From contig OX597814.1 of the NCBI GenBank assembly GCA_951406725.2, positions 116,808,001-116,872,000 on the forward strand: a DNA stretch of 64,000 nucleotides, given 5' to 3'. Of the stretch, positions 24,990-37,402 are shown in pieces (the stretch's first letter is position 1; each line of letters begins with the position of its first letter). Origin of the DNA: Octopus vulgaris. Its lineage: Eukaryota. Under the pieces are notes generated by a model. It saw nothing but the letters and a program-made list of their open reading frames with translations, was not told where the DNA came from and did not search any database. The translations under genes and the position numbers were made by a program.

Positions 24990-26850
24990 GAAGTACACAG
25001 TGCCAATATCTACATTGGCCATATGCCAGATATATGTCCCAGAGCACAATGCCAAAACAAATAGGAACAAGGTTCCAAGGGAGAGGAAGATCCTCATGAG
25101 ACGACGGACGAATGTTGCAAATCGACTCAACAAACATCCCAAAAGTAGCGAAACGTCGCGCCTAAAAACAACACTTGTGGAGACTGGAAAAACGCAGCAA
25201 CAATCCTATATGAGGGAGAAAGCAGACAAAGAAGCCTGGGTTATAAAAAACATTAAGTCAAGAAGATATACTACTAGTCATACATAAGGTAGACGCACAC
25301 TCAACTGCTGGTCATGATAGTTGCCCAGCAATCATCCTCAAGTCGTGGAAGCGTACCCTGGCAAAATACCTCCAGATTCTCTTCCAGAGCTTTCTTACAA
25401 ATGGCAGACTACCAAGCGAGCTGAAGGAGGGAATAATATGCCCAATCCATAAATAAGGAAGCAGATCAGATGCCCAAGACTATAGGCTTATCTCCCTGAC
25501 TTCACACATCAGCAAAGTCATGGAACAGATAGTCAGAAGACAACTAATTGCATTCCTTGAAGAAACAAAACTTGCTGAGTGATATCCAAAATGGCTTTCG
25601 ACCAGTTAAGAGCTGCCTGACCCAACTCTTATAGCACTCTGACTGGGTGTTGAGGCAGTTACTCAACAATTCAAATGTGAACATAATATATCTTGACTTT
25701 GCAAAAGATTTTGATGACGTGGAGTGGATCATGATATGCTACAAACTCACATGACTTTCTGAGAGATAGAAGTCAGGCAGTAGTGGCTAATGAAGCTACT
25801 CCAAAGAAAACAAAAATAGCGAGCGTTGTTCCACAGGGCACTGTTTTGGGACCACTGCATTTCAGACATGCCTTCAACTTCCCGGATAGCTAGCAACGCA
25901 GACGATACGAAAGTCTCCCGGAAAATACAGAACACTAGCAATGTTGCATATCTGCAACAGGAGTAGGACTCAACTTACGGATGGGCTGAAGATAACAATA
26001 TGCAGTTTAATGCTGAAAAAATCCAAGTTCTGCGCTACCAGCGTCCAAAACCGAATATGAAACTTACGGGGTACACTGGTCTACAAGGAATTTCAATCCC
26101 AGAGCCTAAATCAGTGAGGGACCTGGGTATCGACATGTGTGATGGTACCTCAGTCAAAGTGCACATTGTCAGGATGGCGAAAAAGTGCAGACGATTGGCT
26201 GGATGGACCCTGAGAGCATTTAGAGCGAGAGATAATGAAACCATGATGGTCCTCTGACGGACTTTGCTCCTCAGCCGATTGAATTCCTGCTCCGAACAGT
26301 GTAAAAATGACAGCAGACCTTGAAGCAATCCAGCGAAGATTCACAAAGTAGATCGTCTCTTTGCAACTGCTCAGCTACTGGGAAAGGCTGAAACAACCAA
26401 GACTCCACTTTCTGGAGTGAATGCAGGATAGGTATGCGGTAATATACGTCTGGGAGATTCTGGAAGGTATTGTGCTAAATTTTGGCATTGAAAGCTAAAT
26501 CAGTACCAGAACGGGTCGACACTGCATAGTACCAAAAGTCCCATCAATGCCATCGCGCTTCAAGAACATTTACTGCAACAGCCTGGGTTTCAGGGACCCA
26601 CAGCGTTTTAATATTCTCCCAAAGAGCCTTATGAACATGCACAAAGTATATGTAGGCGCTTTTAAATAAAGTCTCGACCTCTTCCTGTCGAGAGTCCAAG
26701 ATGAACCTACATCACGGTAAGAGGTGCAAATAGGTTAGCTACATCAAACTCCCCTCTTCACCACGTGCCACATGTTGGAGGAGGATCTCAGTAATAACAG
26801 TGTAGCAAAACAGCTGTGCATCAGCATGGCCACACATCTGAGCTGAAACT
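24990..26850 (+). mobile_element. Decayed, 5'-truncated CR1-group (CR1/L2/Crack-like) LINE: RT region and 3' end
   Basis: Peptides YRLISLTSHISKVME, QNGFRPVKSCLTQL, IYLDFAKDFD, VPQGTVLGPL, ADDTKV, MQFNAEK and SVRDLGI, with many stops and frameshifts; ends GCTGTGCATCAGCATGGCCACACATCTGAGCTGAAAC. Confidence 0.85.
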
Positions 26851-27457
26851 TCAGAGAAACACACAGACACACACACAGACACACAGACACACACAGACAC
26901 ACACACACACGTATATATATATATATATATATATAGCAAATAAGTAAAAAGGATGTCCAGGCCTCAGTGTATTAAGGGCAACTCAAGCAGCTCCATTTAG
27001 TCGATCAATGAGAACATTACACTGATTTGAATGAAACCGCTCACCTCGGACGTAGCCAACCATATAGATTTCCAGCATAAAGAATAGATAATTTTGTTTA
27101 GCGCAACTTACATCGGTACAAGCAACCAAAATAATTACATTGTTTTTCTTTTCTATTTCAGTTGCAGAATGAATTTAGTAAATAAAGCAGCCATACAGCT
27201 CACTATGATTTGGAGAAGCATATTGGAATAATGGGAGTCAAGAATGAGAAAAAGAGAGATAGATCTACATTTATCATTATCACGTTACTCAGATTATTTG
27301 CATATATATATATATGTATGTATGTATATATATATATATATATAGGTTTAAAAATGCAATTTGAAAAGTCTTTATTTACGTTACCGGTTTCACTTTTTTA
27401 GAAAAAGATTGTCAAAAGTAACATGTAAAAGCTTGGTTGTGTTAGGTACTGGTTGTC

Positions 27458-27518
<61 letters not shown>

Positions 27519-27699
27519 TTTGATAATAAGAACATGTTAAGAACAGTTTACAAGGGAAAATCTTGGGAAAATATAAAGAAGTTTAACAAGTTCATTAAAA
27601 TATTGGGCACAAAAGATTACAATATATATGTATACATATATGTATACATTCTTAAGAAAATGTTAAAGATACTTTGCAGAAAGAATTATTAAAAAGTTC

Positions 27700-27741
<42 letters not shown>

Positions 27742-27762
27742 ATGTAAATAACATATATATAT

Positions 27763-27995
27763 TATTTCTTTATTGCCCACAAGGGGCTAAACATAGAGGG
27801 GACAAACAAGGACAGACAAACGGATTAAGTCGGTTATATCGACCCCAGTGCGTAACTGGTACTTATTTAATCGACCCCGAAAGGATGAAAGGCAAAGTCG
27901 ACCTCGGCAGAATTTGGACTCAGAACCTAGCGGCAGACGAAATACTGCTAAGCATCTCGCCCGGCGTGCTAACGTTTCTGCCAGCTCGCCGCCTT
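27763..27995 (-). mobile_element. SINE family C monomer (tRNA-like head, Meta-like core, Tx1/L1-like tail)
   Basis: GGCGGCGAGCTGGCAGAAACGTTAGC..GCCTTTCATCCTTTCGGGGTCGAT..AAGTACCAG..GTTTGTCTGTCCTTGTTTGTCCCC..AATAAAGAAATA; probable TSD TAAATAACATAT. Confidence 0.85.
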
Positions 27996-28298
27996 AAATA
28001 ACATATGCATAGATGTGTACAGGACGTCACAAACCAACCTTAAAAATGAAATGCGAAAACAAACGAGTTGAATACATAAACAATGAGAGAAACACAAGCG
28101 AAACTCGACGAGTAGCATAAAGAAGGGCTCTTCATTAGCTGTTCCTTTACTCCTATTTCGAGCGTGTATATAGTTATATCAATCAATCTATCTATCTATC
28201 TATCTATCTTTATATAGATATATATGTGTGTGTATGCATGTTTTATGCATGTGTATCTGTGTGAGTGTGTCTGAGTAGGCGCTTGTGCCAGCATTTCT

Positions 28299-28714
28299 TA
28301 TTTCTTTATTGCCCAAAAGGGGTTAAACATAGAGGGGACAAACAAGGACAGACAAAGGGATTAAATCGATCATATCGACCCCAGTTCGTAACTGGTACTT
28401 ATTTAATCGACCCCGAAAGGATGAAAGGCAAAGTCGACCTCGCCGGAATTTGAACACAGAACGTAACGGCAGACGAAATACCTATTTCTTTATTGCCCAC
28501 AAGGGGATAAACACAGAGGGGACAATCAAGGACAGGCAAACGGATTAAGTCGATCACGTCGATCCCAGTGTGTAACTGGTACTTAATTTATCGACCCCAA
28601 AATGATGAAAGGCAAAGTCGACCTCGGCGGAATTTGAACTCAGAAAGCAGCGGCGGACGAAATACCACAAATCATTTCGCCCGGCGTGCTAACGTTTCTG
28701 CCCGCTCGCCGCCT
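28299..28714 (-). mobile_element. SINE family C head-to-tail dimer with 16-bp TSD
   Basis: Full unit 28484-28714 plus 5'-truncated unit 28299-28483; TTGTGCCAGCATTTCT at 28283-28298 and 28716-28731. Confidence 0.9.
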
Positions 28715-29467
28715 TTTGTGCCAGCATTTCTATAAATCGGAAAGCAACATCGAATACGTGTACATTCCTACATTAGCAGCTGCTGATTAACAATACCTTT
28801 ACCTCAATGTTTGCAACTATATTCTATCATTTAGGCAAGAGAAAGAATATTGCAGAAGATACTGAAAATGGACTTCGTTCGGAACGAAACGTAAATAATG
28901 CATAAATCTTCATTGTTGTTTATTATATTTACGATGCTTCACTTCATAAGTATGGAGAGAATCGGTAGCAATAATTTATTTTATTGCTGTCTTTTTTCTT
29001 CATAATCCTTTGTGCGTATTTTACCGATTATGAATTAAAAAAAAAAGAGAAAGATACATGAAAGACGAAAAATACCATTTGCTTGCAGAAGAGAAAAAAT
29101 GTTGAAATATTGATGATTCTGCACATATCGAATAACATTGCACAGAAAAATGTTTTAGCAGTTAATAGAATGCATAGCACACTCTACTGGCTAACTTGAA
29201 AGTATATTAAACAGAAGATAAGAAAATAAATAAAGTAAAACAAATAGACAGTATATGTATTATGTTTATTCTCCTAATTACGTGAACCGTGAGGACTCTC
29301 TTCGCTCTTTTATATATTAATATGTCAAATATATATGACAGTTTCCAATGAGGCGGAGAGAATTACTTCAGTATTGTCTGAGTTCAAAATGCACTCATGT
29401 CTCTTATTTTTCAGCTATCGAAGTAAATATTGCTTGGCTAACTGGTTAGGACCTCGTTTGAGAAATA

Positions 29468-29985
29468 CCGTAAATCCTCGAGTATAATCCGCATTTTTCC
29501 CAAACTTTAAAGGTCAAAATTCCAAGTGCATACTATATACGAGGTTAAAAATGAAAATTACTCTCTAAGCAATGTCCGAGTTACTATTTGATGTCCGGCA
29601 ATGTTTATTCAGACGCATTTTGTGATGTCGGGCGCGAAAATACCTTAAGCTAAACCTGAAAGCAATGAAGTCATAAAAGAATCATCCATAACTTGCAGTA
29701 AGCAACATTTATTAAATGTTATTACTGTTATTACTGTTATTTCTGTATTTTCTGCAAACAAAATGCACAAAAAGCTATACGTTTGGATTATGTTATATGT
29801 ACTGTAATAATAAATGATGTTACCCTATACATTTTTACAAACCAAGGGCGTTATATAGACCTCCGTGACTGAAGTTAGAGAAGGGATGTGTATTATACAC
29901 AAAGTTTACGTTTTCCAGAGGCACAGCCTCCTAAAAGTCCCCTGCGTGTTATACTCAAGGACGGACTATACTCGAGGATTTACGG
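29468..29985. mobile_element. MITE of the Tc1/mariner superfamily (pogo/Tc2-like)
   Basis: TIRs CCGTAAATCCTCGAGTATAATCCG and CGGACTATACTCGAGGATTTACGG, with TA on both sides. Confidence 0.9.
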
Positions 29986-30901
29986 TACGCCGTTTTAGAC
30001 TCGATATATCTATATGAGTTTGACTTTTGGTCTTCTGTCACTCACAATGATCAACGGATGAATTGTGATTTAAAGTTAGTGAAAGGAAACTGTGCAGAAG
30101 TTTGCCAGAGGAATTGTTGCTGGGTTTAGGTGATGGGACTCGTTTGCCAGTACCTTAAATGTAGCAAAATCCTCCACCATCTGAAACATCCAAAGGGACT
30201 ATTTCTTTCTTCACTATTCATTGAAGTCTAGAAAATGCCCATGTGTTTTGCCATTTCCTCTGCTAAGTATGACCTCCGTATAACGTAAGCACCTCATTAT
30301 CATCACAGCATAGAAGGTTAGAAAATTATCGTTTCACAATTCCTTTATCTAGATATAATCTTCATAGAAATTCCCAACACTCTTGCATTACAGTACTTTT
30401 GAGCAGCATAAATTAAACTGAAACTTTCCGACACAAACAATCCCGATCAGAGAAATAAATTAGATGACGAATGAAGATTTAAGTACTGTGGATTTATACA
30501 TTAAATTCATTCTACCACATTCTATAGACACATATATTAACAGAAATATAGAAATGGTGAGGTAAATGATGATTTATGATAAGCTGTGTCAGGCCTAGTA
30601 CAAGTATAAGTTTACAATATTCACCATTGTAAGTAATAATGATAAATCTCTTAATTCACAATTTCACGCTCCTTATCCTGGAAACCTGTGAAATGCGCAG
30701 GTGTCATATATTGAGCGAACGTAAATATGATTATTGTTCTTTTCTTGTTTCGTGTATGTCGTCTTACATGAAAATATATTGTGACACCCAATAACATTGG
30801 CAAATACACTGTCCCAAATAATGACAGTTGTCTCTCTACGTGCATTCTGCAGTAACGAGTGTCTGTATGTGAGCGTGTTTGTGTATACATATATCTAAAC
30901 T

Positions 30902-30976
<75 letters not shown>

Positions 30977-31012
30977 CCTATCAGTTTACCTACATATCTA
31001 TGTAACTATATA

Positions 31013-31230
31013 TGGCGCATGGTCTAGTCTTTAGGGTGTCGCATGGCGCAAAGTTTAGGATATTGCAGCACCATCGCGAGACCGTGGTTTCAATTCCTAG
31101 ACTGGGTGATGCTTTGTGTATTTGAGCAAATCATTTTTCTGCGATCGCATCGACACCTAACAGGCGGTATACCGCACACCTGTTCAGATATCATCGATTT
31201 GATGGAGGGACTAAGCTAATGCACTCTGGA
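31013..31230 (+). mobile_element. Diverged tRNA-headed SINE
   Basis: GGCGCATGGTCTAGT..GGTTTCAATTCCTAGACTGGG..TTGAGCAA. Confidence 0.55.
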
Positions 31231-31281
31231 GAGTCCGTCATGCATGTATGTATGAATGTTTATATGTATGCATATATATAT

Positions 31282-31324
<43 letters not shown>

Positions 31325-31344
31325 ATGTATAGATTTATATACAT

Positions 31345-31407
<63 letters not shown>

Positions 31408-32555
31408 CATGTATATATATATGTATGTATGTATATATCTCATGCAGTTTTATATCAATATTTTTGTCAATAGAGAAACAGCCTAACCTCGGTCCGAGAC
31501 TCCTTCATTGGAATTTCAACATCAACAACAGGGTATTTTTGTATATATGCGTGCATATATGTATGTATGTACGTATGTATGCATGTATATATATTCGTGC
31601 AGATTTGTATGTTTTTGTTATATCGCATGTTCGGATGACATCTAGAAGTCTGACGCATAGACTTCTCCCTCTATATCTACGCATTGAGCTAGCCTACTTC
31701 AACGTCTGGGGGCGCCGACACGACAGTTTTGTTTTATGTATGTCTCCTAATGCATATAGTCTCATAGCTAGACACGCTCATATATACTTAAAATATTAAA
31801 TTCTGTAAAATTTTACATATTTTTGTAGTTCCTCTGATACTTTTCGTATCAGCATAGGTATTCTCTTTTCCACTGATCTTCAGGTTTATGTTAATATCCG
31901 CTGGGCAGCTTTTTCCCACAACTGTTTCTCTAACCAAATCATTATATGTGTATGTATATAAATAAATATCCGATGTTTATATTGCTTTGTTATCGTTGAG
32001 GCATGAGGAGCTTCGACGTTGACATTAGGGGACGGATCTGTCTGTTTATGGTTAACTATTTGAGACAATACCGCGTACGAGTTCTCTGAGTGAAAACATT
32101 GCTCGTAACGTAGCATCTTAAGGCTAACAGAGCTCTGTGCGTCTGTATTTATTTTGTTGACAAATTTATCTCCCGGCATAGTTTTATTATGGTGTCTTTA
32201 AACTTAGTAATTGTTCACTCAGTGTTAGTTCGAAGAAAATTCTTTTGTTATTGTTTCACTTCGTTAGCGAACGTGCTTTCTTATACGTGTATGTGTGTCC
32301 AATAAATTTCAAGAAGTTGCGTAAGCGTTGGTGTGTATGTGCAGTCCTATGTGTATTAAAATGTATATATGATTGCATAGATATTCCAGTGTATGCATAA
32401 GTAATCAATTTACGTACTTACTGTTTTGTTCCACTTATAGTATATAATTTGTAAACTTTCAGATGTTGATTTCGTACGTCTCTTTCGCACGTGTGTCACT
32501 GAGACATCGTGCATGAGGGAAACTCTACTTTGTATGGCAGTATAATTTCTTCTTT

Positions 32556-32654
<99 letters not shown>

Positions 32655-32657
32655 TTT

Positions 32658-32880
32658 AAGACCACGAGGTGGCAGAATCGTTGGCACACCAGGCGAAATA
32701 CTTAGCTGTATTTCGTCTACCACTACGTTCTGAATTCAAATTCCACCAAGGTCGAATTTGCATATCATCCTTTCGGATTTGATAAATTAAGTACCAGTGT
32801 AACATAGGAGTCGATGTCAGCGACTATGCCTCTCCCCTCAAGCAAAACGCCTTGTGCTGATAGTAGAAAAATTATCATTA
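32658..32880 (+). mobile_element. SINE family C, diverged
   Basis: GGCAGAATCGTTGGCAC..TATTTCGTCT..TCATCCTTTCGG..AAGTACCAG. Confidence 0.7.
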
Positions 32881-33776
32881 TTACTAGCAGAAAAGGGCCG
32901 CCCCTATAGATATCATTCATGAATTATAAAGTAAATACTCAAAATACACATGAATTAAACAAAGACTCTGTTTTAGTTTATTCTGTAATCAGTAAAATAA
33001 TCCATGATACATTTAAAAAAGACGATAATGAAAATTGGAAAAGAGATGGCACTGTCAAAGGAAAATGTTCATGAACCTTTACTCGAGGAGATTTGAAATT
33101 AGACGGTCTGGTGGGAATTAATGAATTACATTTACCAATATGAATAATTGTGTTTCGCTATATTGTTGTTTTATTATATGCTCTTATAGATTTCTTAAGG
33201 GTTTCTAGTGTCCCTTTTCTAGCAATTGAAAAGAAGGTTAAACATATTTCAATTAAAAGAGTGTAATGAGTGTTTCACATCATTGCAGAATTTCTTTATT
33301 GATACCCTTTTCATTTATCTGGGTTAATATTTTTATAAACAATTTAGATTGATAAAATAAATAACAGGTTTGAAGAATAAGTAACGGAGATGAAATTATT
33401 GACTAAATAATTTCAAGGTGGTACCCCGATATGACCGCAGTCTAACACAATTTGAAAACTATAGATAAGAATTGTTGTTTTTTTGTTTTATGTTATACGG
33501 TTAAAAATAATTTACTCACTTGTGATTATTCGCTTTATTACATTTTTTACGAATAGAGAAAACTATTTGTTTACATATGGAATTCAGACGAAAGTTGACA
33601 TTTAAAACAGAAGTGAATATTTTAATAGTAAGCAGTATTATTTATGTTTAACATACATTAACATTTTTTCATAACCATTTACAAATTCTTCAAAGTAATA
33701 TCTATTTTTTTTAATAACGTGTGGAAAAACAAATAAAGTGGACACAATCTTGCACTTCTTCAATCATTATTATTAA

Positions 33777-33814
<38 letters not shown>

Positions 33815-33815
<1 letters not shown>

Positions 33816-34420
33816 TGAGTGAGAGAGCAGTGCATGCCGTCAAAGTGGCACTGGAGTAAAATATACGAAGCCCAGTACACCCACCATCACTACCCGCCTG
33901 ATAAGGGTACACCAAGCACATGCATCACAACCATATGTGCGCGACATGGTGATCTCATATCATGATAAACAGCGCATGACCTTGCAGGTGGAGGCCCAGT
34001 TAGGATTTTCTGCAGGTTCCTGCAACTCATCTAAAAGCTTCTGATCTTTCTTACATAAGTCGCTTACGTCGCTGGTTTCAGTTGCCCCTTCCTGATTGGT
34101 TGTACTGTTATCATTCATTTTCGTTTAGGTCCTTCTTTAGTTTGATCTGTATCTCTTATATTGTATGGCTTTTGTACCGCCTGGTCATTCTTTTCAAATT
34201 CTCTTCCACCTCCAAATTTGTCAGCCACTTTCTTCTAATAGCATTAGCTTCGTCTATCATTCTCCGTTCAGTCACTTTAACCATACCTTTCTATACCCAA
34301 AGTGTTAACGCTCGTTTTCTATGACCCCTTCTCTTAGGTTCACTTTCTAAGCAGCACTGCATTACTATCCTGTTTTCTGCGAAGATCCCCTCCCTGCCCC
34401 TTACTCTATTATCTCCGATG
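33815..34420 (-). mobile_element. Internally deleted R4/Dong-like derivative abutting (TAA)n
   Basis: Minus-strand ENRIVMQCCLESEPKRRGHRKRALTLWV*KGMVKVTERRMIDEANAIRR resembles the R4 N-terminal domain; the putative 3' end runs into (TAA)n at 33765-33814. Confidence 0.55.
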
Positions 34421-35414
34421 ATGTCTTAAGATAACCTCTGTGGTCAGCCTGCATCATTACTGAACCACTGCTGTTACCACCAATGTTTCTGGGCAAACTT
34501 TATGTCATAAACTGAAATAAAGTAATGTTTGTCACCATTATCACCACCACTATTATTTTTTGACATCCTATCATTTCGAGTAACTTTCTGTCGCTTCACT
34601 TACAGTACTTTCTTGATGCTGAAATGTATGCTTTATTGTTTTCTTTAGGGAGTATTGTATTGCTTCAGTATGTTTTGTTATGGGTTTTCCGTTGTATTAG
34701 TGTTTGTATTGTGTGTTGTTTGTGCAGTTTAGGTTCTTCTGTTGGGTATCGCACCTCTATAATACATGTTGTGGGGCTTGTTAATTTTATTGAGTATTTA
34801 TTTTACGAGATTATTCCAGAATGATTCAGGGCAGTGTTGCTTAGGAAAGTGCGTAGATGTTGTTTCCTGTACATCGTTCTGTTTTGGCTTTATTATTCGT
34901 TTGGGCAATGAGATTAATAGATGGCTAAATCTTTAAAGCGCTTATTTTTATTATTTTATTTAATCACAATGATACCTCCTATTTCTCCCCCACCGACCTC
35001 TTTAATCTTCATCCAATATATCCGCCTTCAACTTCTTTCTCCAATCCATCTCACTTATATTCTCATTCTCCTTCACATCATCCCCTATCACTCTCACGAT
35101 CTCGGACGCAGATAATTTGTTCCTCAATTTCAACAAAGTCCTCTGCTTTCATTGAATATGTGTACAATCAAACTAATTATTACTATTTGCCTTTAATGAA
35201 ACGAGAGTTGTAATATCTGACAATGTTTTAAGAATAAAATAAAACGATATATACACTTTCTGCTTATAGAATTGAGAACTATAGAGTGCAGTGTTTTTGA
35301 ATATACACACACTTACATACATAATATATACTTACAAATTATATGCACACGTATGTATGTGGGTATTTGTTTAAAAGAAACATTTTGTGTATCTTTCTTT
35401 GTGTATGTATATAA

Positions 35415-35473
<59 letters not shown>

Positions 35474-36790
35474 CATACATACATACATACACACATACAT
35501 ACATACATGCATACATACATACATACATACATACATAATACATAATACATAATACATACAAGCATATATATATATATGCATTGAGTGAGTTCCGTTGTTG
35601 ACAACACACGCCATGCGAATATTGATGAATATCATTCATAATTTATATATTATTTCTTTCTGTTAACATTTTAAAAGTAAAATGCCACATTTTCTGTCTT
35701 CCTTGATTAAATTGCACTTGAATACATGTGACAACGATGTCAATTCCAAAACCAGCTGCCTCATAAAATGGAAATTTATTTAACTCGAATGTCTAGACCA
35801 CTTACAAGATATAAAACATTTAATAGCCGAACGATACTTTATTTCTAAATGACAAGAATAACCATTTGTGCAAATTTATTTCGATTACATTTTCTTCTGA
35901 AATAATTGTAATTGAATGATTTCAGGTTGTATTTCACGTAGTTCAGAGATAATGAGGATGAGAATGTTCTTACGGTTGATACATATTTTATATTCGGTAG
36001 AAATGAGAAAATACGATTGCAATAATTAATGAGGAAACGGTGTCAGACTGTCTTGTAAGCTTAATCCATTTTACGTCGTGTTTTGGATTGTAAATCATTT
36101 AGAAGGAGATCTTACGACTGTTCTGCGATTTGTGAAGGGAAAAGTTGAAATAACATATGGCATATTTAAGTTTCAATGAAGTAAACAATTTTACACTGTG
36201 AAATATTGGGATGCAATTTTCGAAATTATCGGAGCATTTGGAGACTTTTCTTGGATAAAAGCATAGATAAATTGAGGTAGACTCCAAAACATATGCGAAA
36301 ACTTTTTGGTAGGAATTTATTCCTTCAGTATATAGTTTTGATTTCTATTCCACTGAGAATTGATTATCAAAGCAGTTTGCCTGTAATTTCCTCGAGAGTC
36401 TCTAGGTGAAACCCTGTGAAACAGAACTTTCCTTAAGCGATGTGATCAGCCCACACAGTTAGGTGAATAAGTGTCTTTGTCAGAGGTCTCACGTCTGGAA
36501 ATAAATGGCTCTTTTCCCACATGAACCAGATGACTACAGAAGCTACCCGCTTTCCTCTCACTAAAGTAGTAAAATTACAAAGGATAGTTAATATAATGAC
36601 ATTGACTTCGGTTTGTAAGTTCACTTAGTTTACAACAATATCAAAAGTAAACTGTCAACAATTAATTAAACATTTCTACACCAATAACAACAACTTTGAA
36701 ATCATACTTTCTTCTAAAAACAGTAATGTTTCTTGAGAATACCAAAATACGATACAATTATAGCCAAATATATATATATATATATATATA

Positions 36791-37090
36791 TCATGTGATC
36801 ACGTGACCGACCAGTCCATCAGATGTAGTTACACATCGCTGGTCACAATGCGTTCGCATTGTTTTAGCCTTCGAATGACGCCACCCCGCTGGTTACGCGA
36901 GCAGGCCAACAGAAGAAAGAGTGGGAAAAAGAGTGGTGAAAGAGTATAGCAGGGATCACCACCCCTGCCGGAGCGTCGTGGAGCTTTTAGGTGTTTTCGC
37001 TCAATAAACACTCACAACGCCCGGTCTGGGAATCGAAACCGCGATTCTACGACGCGAGTCCGCTGCCCTAACCACTGGGCCATTGCGCCT

Positions 37091-37092
<2 letters not shown>
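36791..37092 (-). mobile_element. tRNA-headed SINE (family B)
   Basis: Reverse complement of 16760-17063. Confidence 0.85.
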
Positions 37093-37187
<95 letters not shown>

Positions 37188-37371
37188 TGAAGGGGGTCCC
37201 ATTGCAAATACCATAAGAGCACAGAAAGTGTGCGTAAAGCCAGCTGGAGACGATGATCTCCTGGGACTACAAGCTACAGTAACACCCACCCTTAGTGGTA
37301 AGCAATATTGAGATGGCTAGTATACCTTACATATATATATATAATTATATATATATATATATATATGTACG

Positions 37372-37402
<31 letters not shown>

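Noticed and set aside
27763-28714. CRISPR-like or prokaryotic repeat array
   Set aside because: The repeats are SINE copies with TSDs in eukaryotic DNA; no repeat-spacer periodicity and no cas genes.
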